NCBI GenBank assembly: GCA_016839555.1
Contig: JAEOUA010000003.1
Span: 256,001-320,000 of the forward strand
Length of the DNA stretch: 64,000 nt
Direction of reading: 5' to 3'
Source of the DNA: Promethearchaeota archaeon
Lineage (GTDB): Archaea > Asgardarchaeota > Lokiarchaeia > Sigyniarchaeales > SOKP01
The notes under the pieces: model-generated
Told to the model about the DNA's origin: nothing
Databases searched by the model: none
What the model saw: the letters and a program-made list of their open reading frames with translations, nothing else
Shown here: positions 51,175 to 61,110 of the stretch, one piece after another
Numbering within the stretch: the first letter of the stretch is position 1
How the letters are laid out: every line of letters starts with the position of its first letter
Program-made: the position numbers and the translations under genes

Positions 51175-52551
51175 TTACAATTTAAAATCTTTCCCTAATC
51201 TATTCATAAATTGGGCCATTTGCTTATTCATTCCGGGCATTGCGCCTATTCCTTTTCCTTTCTTTCTTAATTGCATAAATTGTTTCATCATTTTTTTCAT
51301 TTGATTATATTGATCAAGCATACGATTTATTATGGAATAATCTGTACCCGAACCAATACTAATACGATGTTTTCTTGATTTTTTAATTATTTTTGGATTT
51401 TCTTTTTCTAATGCTGTCATACTATCCAGTACAACCCGCCACCGCTCAATATTTTTCTCAGCATCTTCTTTTAACGCTTCGGGAATATTTCCACCTCCCA
51501 TCATTGATAAAATATTCCTAAATTTCCCTACTTTCCTAAATGCCTTCAATTGCTCATATAAATCTTCCAAGGTAAACTTACCATATAACATTCGTTTTAC
51601 CATCTCAGGGTCTGGAGTTGCCTCAGCTTGTTGGACTTTTTCGATTAAACCTTCTATATTTGGAACTCCTAAAAGTGTACCTACAAAATCAGTAGGATTA
51701 AATAATTCTAAATCTTCGATTTTTTCTCCGGTGCCAATAAATCTTATCGATGCATTGGTAGCTGCACAAGCTGAAAGTGCCCCACCTCCTTTTGCAGTAC
51801 CATCGAGTTTTGTTACAATTATACTTCCCAAATTTGTTGCTTTCGAAAATTCCTCTGCTTGCGCATAAGCTTGTTGACCTAAAGTACCATCTACAACCAA
51901 CATAACTTCATTTGGCTTTAAAACCTTTTCAATTTTTTGCATTTCTTCCATTAATTCTTTTTCTTCCTTATGTCTTCCCGCTGTGTCAACAAGTAACAGA
52001 TCATATCCTTTATTTAATGCTTTTTTAGTTTGGTTTACAGCAATCTTTAATGCACTCTGTTCCTTTGGATTTCCAAAACATTTTATTCCAATCTGATCTG
52101 TCAATTGTTGAAGCTGTTCATACGCCCCAGGTCTCCAAGTATCGGTGGTAATAACTGCAACCTTTAAACCTTTACTCTGATAATATTTGGCTAATTTCGC
52201 AACAGTAGTGGTTTTTCCAGAGCCTTGAATTCCAACCAATAATATTACATTTTTTTTCCCGGGTTTTATTCTAATAGGCGCTGGTTTTCCTCCAAGAGTA
52301 TCTATAAGTTCATCATGAACCAGTTTTATAATAAAATCTTTTCTTTTTGCTCGCTGCAGTTCAGTATTCATCCCTTCTTTTTTAATATTCTCAGTCATTT
52401 CGAATACTAATTCTACTTTAACATCTGAACTTAATAGAGCTCTTTGTAAGTCTTGTATAAGGGCATTTATTGCATCTTTGTCGATTTTGGGTAATCTACG
52501 CATTCTTCTTATTGCTTGTTCTAATTTTCTTCCTAAGCTTTCTAATACCAT
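51175..52551 (-). CDS. srp54: Signal recognition particle protein SRP54
   Basis: [34 protein letters not shown], Met-rich M domain. Confidence 0.97.
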   Translation of the reverse strand: MVLESLGRKLEQAIRRMRRLPKIDKDAINALIQDLQRALLSSDVKVELVFEMTENIKKEGMNTELQRAKRKDFIIKLVHDELIDTLGGKPAPIRIKPGKKNVILLVGIQGSGKTTTVAKLAKYYQSKGLKVAVITTDTWRPGAYEQLQQLTDQIGIKCFGNPKEQSALKIAVNQTKKALNKGYDLLLVDTAGRHKEEKELMEEMQKIEKVLKPNEVMLVVDGTLGQQAYAQAEEFSKATNLGSIIVTKLDGTAKGGGALSACAATNASIRFIGTGEKIEDLELFNPTDFVGTLLGVPNIEGLIEKVQQAEATPDPEMVKRMLYGKFTLEDLYEQLKAFRKVGKFRNILSMMGGGNIPEALKEDAEKNIERWRVVLDSMTALEKENPKIIKKSRKHRISIGSGTDYSIINRMLDQYNQMKKMMKQFMQLRKKGKGIGAMPGMNKQMAQFMNRLGKDFKL

Positions 52552-53039
52552 AATGTAGAGATTCTTCTAAATTATTTTGATTTCAAATAATATAATTCTC
52601 TTTAATAAAATAAATTAATTCATATAAATAATTTCATTCCAAACTTCATACGAACAATTTTTATTAAAATCTTCTTGTGATGACTCTTCCCTAAATAGTG
52701 TAGCAAGGCACCCTTCTTTCAGTTTGTTTATTTTTAATTTAATCTGTGCGTCTCGCTTTCTTTCTTCACCTAAATCATTCCAATAATTTTATTGCTCGAA
52801 TTCATTATTCTTCAGGGACGGAAGATTCGAGCATTGTTTTCGTTTCTATTTCTGTTTCCTTATATCTATTGTAAACCCTTTTCTTAGATAAAAAAGTTGT
52901 AAAATAATTTTTTTTGAATTAAAATGATTGATGATAGAAAAAAAAATCAATAGAATTAGGTTTTAATATTAATGTTAAAAAGAATAAAAAAAAAGGTATA
53001 TATTTATAAATAATATTTCTCTCTCTCTTTAAGCTACTC

Positions 53040-54743
53040 CTAAGTGGGTATGTTTCTCATTCTCCTTCCAAAGAGGTATATCGCCCCAATGAAAATACTA
53101 CTCAAAGTTATTGGGATGAAAATCATTGGAGGGAAGCTTGGTATTTGCGCTTCCGTAGGGGTTGGAAGTAGGAGAAATAAAAGTGAAGGTTGTTGAAACT
53201 CAGAATCTAAAATTAAATATGCTTGTCCCGCCCAGATCCCGCCCTCAGCATTTCCATGTGCTCCGATAAGGATATCATCGTAATCATCCCCATTCACATC
53301 GCCCGCCCCCGCCACCGAGCCTCCCGCTTCATCATCCAAATGTTCTCCTATAAAGGAAACATCTGCAGTTGAAAGATCAGTATCCATAGTCCAGCCCGAT
53401 GCTTTTCCGAGAATCAAATAAGCTTGTCCCGCACCGAACCCGCCCTCAGCATTTCCATGTGCTCCGATAAGGATATCATCGTAATCATCCCCATTCACAT
53501 CGCCCGCCCCCGCCACCGAAGATCCCGCATAATCACCTGCTGCCTCCCCTATGAAGGAGGCATTCGCATTTGTCAAATTCACATCCATAGCCCAGCCCGA
53601 TGCTTTTCCGAGAATCAAATAAGCTTGTCCCGCATAGGACCCGCCCTCAGCATTATAAAGTGCTCCTATGAGGATATCATCGTAATCATCCCCATTCACA
53701 TCGCCCGCGCCCGCTACTGACTCTCCCGCATCATCACCTGCTGCCTCCCCTATGAAGGAGGCATTTGCATTCGTCAAATTCACATCCATAGCCCAGCCCG
53801 ATTCCTTTCCGAGAATCAGATATGCTTGTCCCGCATCGGACCCGCCCTCATCATTATAAAGTGCTCCGACGAGGATATCATCGTAATCATCCCCATTCAC
53901 ATCGCCCGCGCCCGCTACTGACTCTCCCGCATCATCACCTGCTGCCTCCCCTATGAAGGAGGCATCTGCATTTGAAAGAGGAGTATCCATAGCCCAGCCC
54001 GATGCTTTTCCGAGAATCAAATAAGCTTGTCCCGCACTGGACTCGCCTTCACTATTTAAATGTGCTCCGATAAGGATATCATCGTAATCATCCCCATTCA
54101 CATCGCCCGCACCCGCCACCGAATATCCCGCATAATCACCTGCTGCCTCCCCTATAAAGGAGGCATTCACATTCGCCAAATTCACATCCATAGCCCAGCC
54201 CGATTCCTTTCCGAGAATCAGATATGCTTGTCCCGCATCGGACCCGCCCTCAGCATTTCCCCATGCTCCGATGAGGATATCATCATAGGTGTCATTATTG
54301 ACATCGCCCACGCCCGCCACCGAATATCCCGCAGCATCACCTGCTGCCTCCCCTATGAAGGAGGCATTCGCATTTGTCAAATTCACATCCATAGCCCAGC
54401 CCGATGCTTTTCCGAGAATAAGATAAGCTTGTCCCGCACCGCCCCCGCCCTCAGCATTTCCCCATGCTCCGATGAGGATATCATCTTTCCCATCCCCATT
54501 CACATCACCCACGCCCGCCACCGAATATCCAGCATAATCAAATGCTGCCTCCCCTATGAAGGAGGCATCTGCATTCGTCAAATTCATATCCATTTTCAAT
54601 ACCGCACTATGTGGAGAACTCAGATTGTTTATAACCCCTATATATTGGTTCTTAGCTTCTATCATATTTGCAATACTCATAAAACATAAAATAACAAGTA
54701 ATAACATTATAATTTTAGCTTTTTTAACAATCATTTTCATCAC
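53040..54743 (-). CDS. Cell-surface FG-GAP/integrin-alpha-type 7-bladed beta-propeller protein with signal peptide and C-terminal sorting/TM anchor
   Basis: N-terminal signal peptide; seven 67-aa repeats with AG-x-SVAG-x-GDVNGD-x-x-DDILIGA and AGQAYL; C-terminal IPSF, TM helix and RRMR. Confidence 0.9.
   Translation of the reverse strand: MMKMIVKKAKIIMLLLVILCFMSIANMIEAKNQYIGVINNLSSPHSAVLKMDMNLTNADASFIGEAAFDYAGYSVAGVGDVNGDGKDDILIGAWGNAEGGGGAGQAYLILGKASGWAMDVNLTNANASFIGEAAGDAAGYSVAGVGDVNNDTYDDILIGAWGNAEGGSDAGQAYLILGKESGWAMDVNLANVNASFIGEAAGDYAGYSVAGAGDVNGDDYDDILIGAHLNSEGESSAGQAYLILGKASGWAMDTPLSNADASFIGEAAGDDAGESVAGAGDVNGDDYDDILVGALYNDEGGSDAGQAYLILGKESGWAMDVNLTNANASFIGEAAGDDAGESVAGAGDVNGDDYDDILIGALYNAEGGSYAGQAYLILGKASGWAMDVNLTNANASFIGEAAGDYAGSSVAGAGDVNGDDYDDILIGAHGNAEGGFGAGQAYLILGKASGWTMDTDLSTADVSFIGEHLDDEAGGSVAGAGDVNGDDYDDILIGAHGNAEGGIWAGQAYLILDSEFQQPSLLFLLLPTPTEAQIPSFPPMIFIPITLSSIFIGAIYLFGRRMRNIPT
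53207..54593 (-). repeat. 7 x 201 bp intragenic tandem repeat, GC-rich
   Basis: gcttgtcccgc recurs with 201 bp period from 53221 (53422 and so on, to about 54428). Two sampled 60-mers are 50% and 57% GC versus about 30% background. Confidence 0.95.
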
Positions 54744-55084
54744 TCTATTAAAATCTTTAATTAAAATCTATTTTACAACGGTCTTTAGTGTTCTTATAAT
54801 TTTTAATAGATTTCAATAATTCAAACTGTTTACATTATATTTAAATATTATTTTTTTTTTTTTTAAAAAAAGAGACGAGAAGATAGATATGAATCATAAT
54901 TTCCTTAATGAGTATGAATATCATTATAAATACAATTTACCATTCTCTGATTATCCTGTAATGAATAAAGAAAGATTGATAAAACAGCTATAAGAAAAGA
55001 ACTCTGATTTTTAGGAAGAGATTATTTGAACGATTACAGCGTTCCCAAAATTTTTGATATAAAAGAGTTTTACTAATAAAAAAA

Positions 55085-55516
55085 TTATTTTGAATATATA
55101 CGATTAATTAATACACGGTTTCCAGGAAATCTCCAGAATTCAACCTGACTTTTAGCCATATTTTCAGGATGAGCCCGTAACTCTTTTATTTTTTCTCGCA
55201 TTTCTTCATTTTCTGGCCATCTTACGTCAAAAGACTCGTAAGTAGAGAGATCCATTATATTGATTGTATTCTCATCAATATAATTGACTTGAGCATTGCC
55301 TTTTTCCACTTGAGGGACTTCTACTAAATCGCCACTAGGAAAAGTGAGGGATCTCTTTTTATCGTCAAAAATCCCAATACAAACAACTCTGACTTTTGCA
55401 TGGCCGTGCTTCCCACTTTTCGAACGCTCTGTACTTTTAATGATGCAAGGTTCCCCTTCTATAATAATATAATTGCCATCCTTCAATTTCTGTATTTCTT
55501 TTCTCTCAATCGAAAT
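55085..55516 (-). CDS. eif5a: Translation factor aIF-5A (hypusinated)
   Basis: KSGKHGHAK hypusine motif. The ORF track starts at TTG 55486, but homology and the SD favour ATT 55516. Confidence 0.95.
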   Translation of the reverse strand: MSIERKEIQKLKDGNYIIIEGEPCIIKSTERSKSGKHGHAKVRVVCIGIFDDKKRSLTFPSGDLVEVPQVEKGNAQVNYIDENTINIMDLSTYESFDVRWPENEEMREKIKELRAHPENMAKSQVEFWRFPGNRVLINRIYSK

Positions 55517-55696
55517 AGTTAATCACCTTACTGTATTAAAACCCTTATTTTTAATTAGTTTTATGATTTTATATGAAATTTATATGAAAATTCAAATAAA
55601 GATTTATCTGATTTATCTTATATCTAGCATTTATCTGATATATAGTATTTTTAAAATTAATATTTTCAAATAAAAAAAACAGTATCATTTGTAATA

Positions 55697-56611
55697 ATGA
55701 CGAGTAAAGGCATTTTAATCGCAACTCGTATGGATAAAAAGAAAGCTGTGGAATTAACACGTTCAATTTTTAATTTCCTACGAAAAAAAAATATTGATGT
55801 ATATGTGGAGACCAGACTCTCTCCCAAATTTGATGGACTGTATGCAAAAGATTTAAGTACGGTTACTGCCGATCTAATAGATTGTGTTATAGTTGTGGGC
55901 GGCGATGGGACAATTATGCGGGTTTCTAATAGTTTAAATCAAAGCAATCCTCCTCCTATTTTAGGGGTCAATATTGGTTCTATTGGCTTTTTGGATGAAA
56001 CTAATGAAAGAAAAGTCTTTAAAGATTTAGAAAAAGTAATAAATGAAGAATATATCATTGAGAAAGTAGCTAAAATTACAGCATATATTGCTAAAAAAAA
56101 CTCTGAGGAATTAAAATTAAGCAATTCATTGAATGAAATTCTTATAATATCTTCTAAAAGTTCAAAAGTCCTTCAAATTAGTGTAAAAATAAATGGTGTG
56201 TTCTTAAATCGAAGTTATTGCGATGGTATAATCCTCTCCACATCTACTGGATCAACAGCTTATAATCTTAGCGCAGGAGGCGCAATTGTGTTTCCCAACC
56301 TTAATATTATACAGTTAACCAGTTTAAATCCATTTGCCCGTGCAGGTTTGAAACCAATAATAGTCCCCATTGATTCTGAAATAGAAATTGAGCTGTTAAG
56401 ACCACGATTAAATGCAAAAATTATTATAGATGGTCAGCAAGAATATAAAGAGATTCAACCTGGAAGCTTAATAAGAATTAGAAAAGCAGACTCAGAATTT
56501 AAATTTATTCGTCTTTCAGATGATTTGTATAAGAATTATTTTAAACGTCTTAAGAAAAAAATAATAGGCGTTGGGCTAAAGGTACCATTAGAAGACAGTC
56601 CTGAAGAATAA
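55697..56611 (+). CDS. nadK: NAD(+)/NADH kinase
   Basis: GGDGT, GSIGFL, LNE, DG...STSTGSTAYNLSAGG, DGQ. Confidence 0.95.
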   Translation: MTSKGILIATRMDKKKAVELTRSIFNFLRKKNIDVYVETRLSPKFDGLYAKDLSTVTADLIDCVIVVGGDGTIMRVSNSLNQSNPPPILGVNIGSIGFLDETNERKVFKDLEKVINEEYIIEKVAKITAYIAKKNSEELKLSNSLNEILIISSKSSKVLQISVKINGVFLNRSYCDGIILSTSTGSTAYNLSAGGAIVFPNLNIIQLTSLNPFARAGLKPIIVPIDSEIEIELLRPRLNAKIIIDGQQEYKEIQPGSLIRIRKADSEFKFIRLSDDLYKNYFKRLKKKIIGVGLKVPLEDSPEE

Positions 56612-56672
56612 ACCTTTTTTTCAATAATGCTTACACTTAGCAATCAAAATTAAATAAGGAATGAAATAAATT

Positions 56673-57227
56673 GTGAAAACTGAAATTGATAGGCTCTTAG
56701 TTTTTGATACCAATATTTTTCTCACTGGGATCGATTTTAATGTGATTAATGGAAATATTTTTACTATTCCGGAAGTTATTGATGAAATCAGAGTGGAAAG
56801 ATATGAAGAGAAAAATAGGAATATTTTAAATAGAATAACTTATGCAAGGGAGAAAAAAAATTTAATTTTTAAGGAACCCAGTGAAAAATATATAAATAAT
56901 GTTAGAAAGAGAGCAAAAATTACTAATGATTTAAGAGTTTTATCTGATGTAGATATAAAATTAATTGCTCTTGCGTTAGAATTACAGAGCAATACTAATA
57001 AAAGGGTAATTCTTTATACAAACGACTATTCTATGGAAAATTTATGTTCAGAGTTAAATATTACCTATTCTCCTTTAAAAAGAAGGGGGATTAAGAAAAA
57101 AATTCTATTTGAATTATATTGTCCTTTTTGTAATGAAGTTAAAAATACAGATCAAGAATTCTGTGAAAAATGTGGTTCTAAAATCAAAAGAAGACCAAAG
57201 AATCTCAAATATAATAGTGATAAATAA
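56673..57227 (+). CDS. nob1: Nob1 endonuclease (PIN domain plus Zn ribbon)
   Basis: VFDTN, LSDVD, TNDYSMEN, CPFC...CEKCG. Confidence 0.9.
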   Translation: MKTEIDRLLVFDTNIFLTGIDFNVINGNIFTIPEVIDEIRVERYEEKNRNILNRITYAREKKNLIFKEPSEKYINNVRKRAKITNDLRVLSDVDIKLIALALELQSNTNKRVILYTNDYSMENLCSELNITYSPLKRRGIKKKILFELYCPFCNEVKNTDQEFCEKCGSKIKRRPKNLKYNSDK

Positions 57228-57296
57228 ATACGACAATAGATATTTATATATTGAAAACGATTCAATTGGAAATATAATTAAAAGGAGAAATCGATT

Positions 57297-58352
57297 ATGG
57301 GAGTAAAAATTAATCAATTAGTGAATGAAGTTAAACGTTCTATCACATTTGAGAACCTTTATAATCGAGTAATCGCTATTGATGCTTTTAATACCATGTA
57401 TCAATTCTTAGCAATAATACGTCAAAGAGATGGGACCCCTTTAAAAGATTACCAAGGTAATGTTACTTCTCATCTTTCAGGACTTTTCTATAGAACAATT
57501 AATTTTATAGAACAAAATATTAAACCTGTGTATGTTTTTGATGGAGAACCATCAGAACTTAAATTTGATACAATAGAAAAAAGAAAAGAGGTAAAAAAAG
57601 AAGCCAAAGAAAAAATGATCGAAGCGCAAGAGAAAGGAGATATGATAGAAGCTAAAAAATATGCTCAAATGACTTCCAAACTCGATTCAGATATGATAGA
57701 GGAAAGCAAAAAGTTAATTGATTCCCTTGGTATTCCTATTATTCAAGCCCCATCAGAAGGAGAGGCTCAATCTGCCTATATGGTTCAGAAAGGACTTGCA
57801 TGGGCCTGTGCGAGCCAAGATTATGACACACTTTTGTTTGGTGCGGATAGATTAATAAGAAATTTTGCAGTAAAGAGAAGTAAAAAGGTTAAAAATACTA
57901 CAGTCATGTTAGATATTGAATATATTTCTCTCTCTAAATTTCTCAAACAGTATGAGATAACGAGAGAACAACTCATAGAAATGGGACTCTTAATTGGGAC
58001 TGATTTTTATCCAGGTATAAAAGGTATAGGTCAAAAAACCGCATTAGATTTGATAAAAACCCATGATTCTCTTGAAAATATGATTTCTAATGAAGTCAAA
58101 GCTGCGGGAAAGACGATAGATATTAATTTAGACATAGTTGACCAAGTTAAAGAAATTTTTTTACACCCTAAAATAGAAAAAGATTTAGCTCCTTTAAAGT
58201 GGAAAAATATTGAATATGAGAAAGTTAAGGAAATATTAGTAGAACAACATAATTTTTCAAACAAAAGAGTAGAAAATGCTTTGGATAGACTTAGAAAATT
58301 ATCATCGAATTCACTACAAGTTTCTTTAGATTCGTTTATTAGTAAAAAATAG
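57297..58352 (+). CDS. fen1: Flap endonuclease 1
   Basis: MGV, IDAFN, TSHLSG, EGEAQ, SQDYD, GTDF, C-terminal PIP box QVSLDSF. Confidence 0.97.
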   Translation: MGVKINQLVNEVKRSITFENLYNRVIAIDAFNTMYQFLAIIRQRDGTPLKDYQGNVTSHLSGLFYRTINFIEQNIKPVYVFDGEPSELKFDTIEKRKEVKKEAKEKMIEAQEKGDMIEAKKYAQMTSKLDSDMIEESKKLIDSLGIPIIQAPSEGEAQSAYMVQKGLAWACASQDYDTLLFGADRLIRNFAVKRSKKVKNTTVMLDIEYISLSKFLKQYEITREQLIEMGLLIGTDFYPGIKGIGQKTALDLIKTHDSLENMISNEVKAAGKTIDINLDIVDQVKEIFLHPKIEKDLAPLKWKNIEYEKVKEILVEQHNFSNKRVENALDRLRKLSSNSLQVSLDSFISKK

Positions 58353-58472
58353 TGGTTCTAATAGACATTCACTAATTAAGTAGAAATAGAAAAAATTTTT
58401 ACAATACTATTAATTTTCATAATTAATATAACAAAAACTTCTTACTATAAATTTTTTTAAATATATCTAATA

Positions 58473-60725
58473 GTGAGGATAAAAATGACAGCTTCTAATA
58501 GTAATGATGATGAAAAAAAAAATGATGAGAAACAAGAAACCATCACACTTCGTATTCAAAAGGCAAAAAAACGAGATATAGGTCGAAATATTATTCGAAT
58601 CGATCCCGAAACAATGGAGAAATTATCTATTCAAACCGGTGATGTTATTGCGATAAAAGGTAAAAAAGAATCTGTAGGAATAGCTTGGCCAAGTTATCCG
58701 CAAGACAATGGACTTGGGATTATTAGAATTGATTCTCGTCTTAGGAAAAATACAAATACCAGTATCGATGATACGATCGAGATACGAAAAGTGAATGCCG
58801 AGCCCGCCCGGACCGTGGTGTTGGCACCAGCTAACGTAAAGATTCGAAGCAATCCTCGGTTTGAGAGCTTTGTAAAAAGAAAATTGAACAATTTTCCTCT
58901 GACAATAGACGACATTATCCTTATCTCAATTGGTATAAGTAGGGAAATTACATTTAAAGTAATTAACTTGAGACCAGAGGGAGTCTGTATCATAAAGCCA
59001 GAAACGAACTTAAGCATTAGTGAGCGCATTACAGAAGAGGAAGAAAAAGGTGCGATGTATGTTACGTACGAAGATGTTGGTGGCTTAGATAATGAAATAC
59101 AGAGAGTAAGAGAGATGGTAGAATTACCATTAAGACATCCTTCGCTATTTAAGCGCTTAGGCATTGATCCTCCTAAAGGAGTATTACTTCGCGGACCTCC
59201 TGGTTGTGGTAAAACATTACTTGCGCGCGCAGTAGCAAATGAAAGTGAAGCCCATTTTATATCGATTAATGGTCCAGAGATAATGAGCAAATTTTACGGG
59301 GAATCTGAGAAAAAATTACGGAAATTATTTATAGAAGCTGAAGAAGAAAGTCCTTCTATTATTTTTATTGATGAAATCGATGCCATTGCCCCTAAAAGGG
59401 AAACTGTCACTGGAGAAGTGGAAAGAAGAGTGGTAGCCCAACTCTTAGCATTAATGGATGGTTTGCATAGTAGGGGAAGGGTAATTGTGATTGGAGCTAC
59501 TAATCGACCCAATAGTTTAGATTCAGCATTAAGAAGACCAGGAAGATTCGACCGCGAAATAGAAATTAAGGTTCCAAATGAGAAAGGTAGAAGAGAGATT
59601 TTCCAAATTCACACTCGCACAATGCCTCTTGATGATAAAAAAGAATTAATAAAGGAATTTTCAAAAATTACCCATGGTTTTGTAGGGGCCGATATATCTG
59701 CAGTGTGTAGGGAAGCAGCAATGTCTGCTTTACGTCGATACTTACCGCAAATTAATTTAGAATCAGAAATGATTAATCCTGAGCTCTTAGAACAAATAAA
59801 AGTCACAAAGGAAGACTTCAACCAGGCATTAAAAGAAGTTATGCCCTCAGGTATAAGAGAAGTTTTTGTAGAAATCCCTAATGTGAGCTGGGAAGATGTA
59901 GGTGGTTTGAACGAACAGAAGCAAAAATTGATCGAAGCAGTAGATTGGCCAATTTCTGATCCCAAGATTTTTGAAAGAATGGGAATCAAACCTCCTAAAG
60001 GTATTTTATTATTTGGACCTCCTGGATGTGGTAAAACCTTATTAGCAAGAGCAGTATCCTCTGAAAGCAAAGCAAATTTCATTTCAATAAAAGGTCCCGA
60101 ATTATTATCAAAATGGGTTGGTGAAAGTGAAAAAGCAATACGAGAGGTATTTCGAAAAGCAAAAATGGCCGCACCATGCATCATCTTCTTTGATGAATTT
60201 GATTCAATCGCCCCCAGTAGAGGTCGATATACTTCTGATTCTGGAGTGACAGAAAAAGTGCTCTCTCAATTTTTAACTGAACTCGATGGATTGGAAGTTA
60301 TGAAGGATATTATCGTAATCGCCGCTACTAATAGACCAGATATTTTAGATCCCGCATTAATTAGACCTGGCAGAATAGATAGAGTGTTATATATTCCTCC
60401 TCCTGATAAAAATGAGCGTCTCGCCATTTTAAAAATATTTACGGAAAAAATGCCGTTAGCATCCAATATCGACCTACAAGACTTAGTCAAAATGACTGAA
60501 AATTTTTCTGGAGCCGATATTGAATCATGGTGTCGAGAAGCTGCTATGGAAGCGCTGAGAGAGAATATTCGTGCCAGAAAAGTTTTTATAGAACATTTCA
60601 AAAAAGCTAAAGAAAATCTTCATCCCTCAATAAGTCCTGAGATTACCAAATGGTACGAAGAATTTGGAAAAACGCTTAAAAGAAGAAAAATTGAGAGGCA
60701 AGAAGGAGAAAAATTGTTTGTATAA
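58473..60725 (+). CDS. cdc48: CDC48/VCP family AAA+ ATPase
   Basis: N domain and two AAA modules (GPPGCGKT twice, DEID/DEFD, RPGR). Likely start ATG 58485. Confidence 0.96.
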   Translation: MRIKMTASNSNDDEKKNDEKQETITLRIQKAKKRDIGRNIIRIDPETMEKLSIQTGDVIAIKGKKESVGIAWPSYPQDNGLGIIRIDSRLRKNTNTSIDDTIEIRKVNAEPARTVVLAPANVKIRSNPRFESFVKRKLNNFPLTIDDIILISIGISREITFKVINLRPEGVCIIKPETNLSISERITEEEEKGAMYVTYEDVGGLDNEIQRVREMVELPLRHPSLFKRLGIDPPKGVLLRGPPGCGKTLLARAVANESEAHFISINGPEIMSKFYGESEKKLRKLFIEAEEESPSIIFIDEIDAIAPKRETVTGEVERRVVAQLLALMDGLHSRGRVIVIGATNRPNSLDSALRRPGRFDREIEIKVPNEKGRREIFQIHTRTMPLDDKKELIKEFSKITHGFVGADISAVCREAAMSALRRYLPQINLESEMINPELLEQIKVTKEDFNQALKEVMPSGIREVFVEIPNVSWEDVGGLNEQKQKLIEAVDWPISDPKIFERMGIKPPKGILLFGPPGCGKTLLARAVSSESKANFISIKGPELLSKWVGESEKAIREVFRKAKMAAPCIIFFDEFDSIAPSRGRYTSDSGVTEKVLSQFLTELDGLEVMKDIIVIAATNRPDILDPALIRPGRIDRVLYIPPPDKNERLAILKIFTEKMPLASNIDLQDLVKMTENFSGADIESWCREAAMEALRENIRARKVFIEHFKKAKENLHPSISPEITKWYEEFGKTLKRRKIERQEGEKLFV

Positions 60726-60837
60726 CATTTTTCTTATCTAAAAATTATAATTTTTTAAAAATATATATTAAAAACTAAAAATTATTTAAAAAATAAAAGC
60801 TATAAATTGTAATAAACAAAGAGAAGGAGTTGGTTTT

Positions 60838-61110
60838 TTGAAAACAAAATATTGGAACATTAACCCGATTATAAATGCTATTATTGATATTCTTATTGAT
60901 AATAAGGGTGAGGTTCTGGATAAAAGGATTGAAGAATTACTGAATAAGGATTATAAATATATTAATAATTATTATTTACAAGAAATTTTCATGAAAATGG
61001 AAAGCGCTAATATCATTAAAGTCTTTCGAATAAGCAAAAATAAGAAAAGAATTATTTTAAACAAAGATACGAATACTATCAGAAAAAAATTAATCAAAGA
61101 ATTACTCTAA
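60838..61110 (+). CDS. Small winged-helix-like protein downstream of cdc48
   Basis: 90 aa; helix-helix-helix-wing pattern (FMKMESANIIKV); TTG start behind AAGGAG. Confidence 0.6.
   Translation: MKTKYWNINPIINAIIDILIDNKGEVLDKRIEELLNKDYKYINNYYLQEIFMKMESANIIKVFRISKNKKRIILNKDTNTIRKKLIKELL

Noticed and set aside
52793-52833. SECIS element or SRP RNA
   Set aside because: It lacks the AUGA/GA core geometry, I noticed no UGA-interrupted selenoprotein nearby, and it is far too short and AT-flanked for 7S RNA.
53207-54593. CRISPR array or DGR template/variable repeat
   Set aside because: Units are 201-bp in-frame coding repeats without unique spacers. There is no cas or reverse transcriptase gene in the window, and the variation is not adenine-specific.
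53424-54819. Plus-strand ORFs of 98, 209 and 87 aa
   Set aside because: Antisense shadows of the GC-rich FG-GAP repeats.
58694-60601. Long minus-strand ORFs opposite cdc48
   Set aside because: Antisense shadow frames of a conserved gene; the same applies to other short ORFs nested in real genes.
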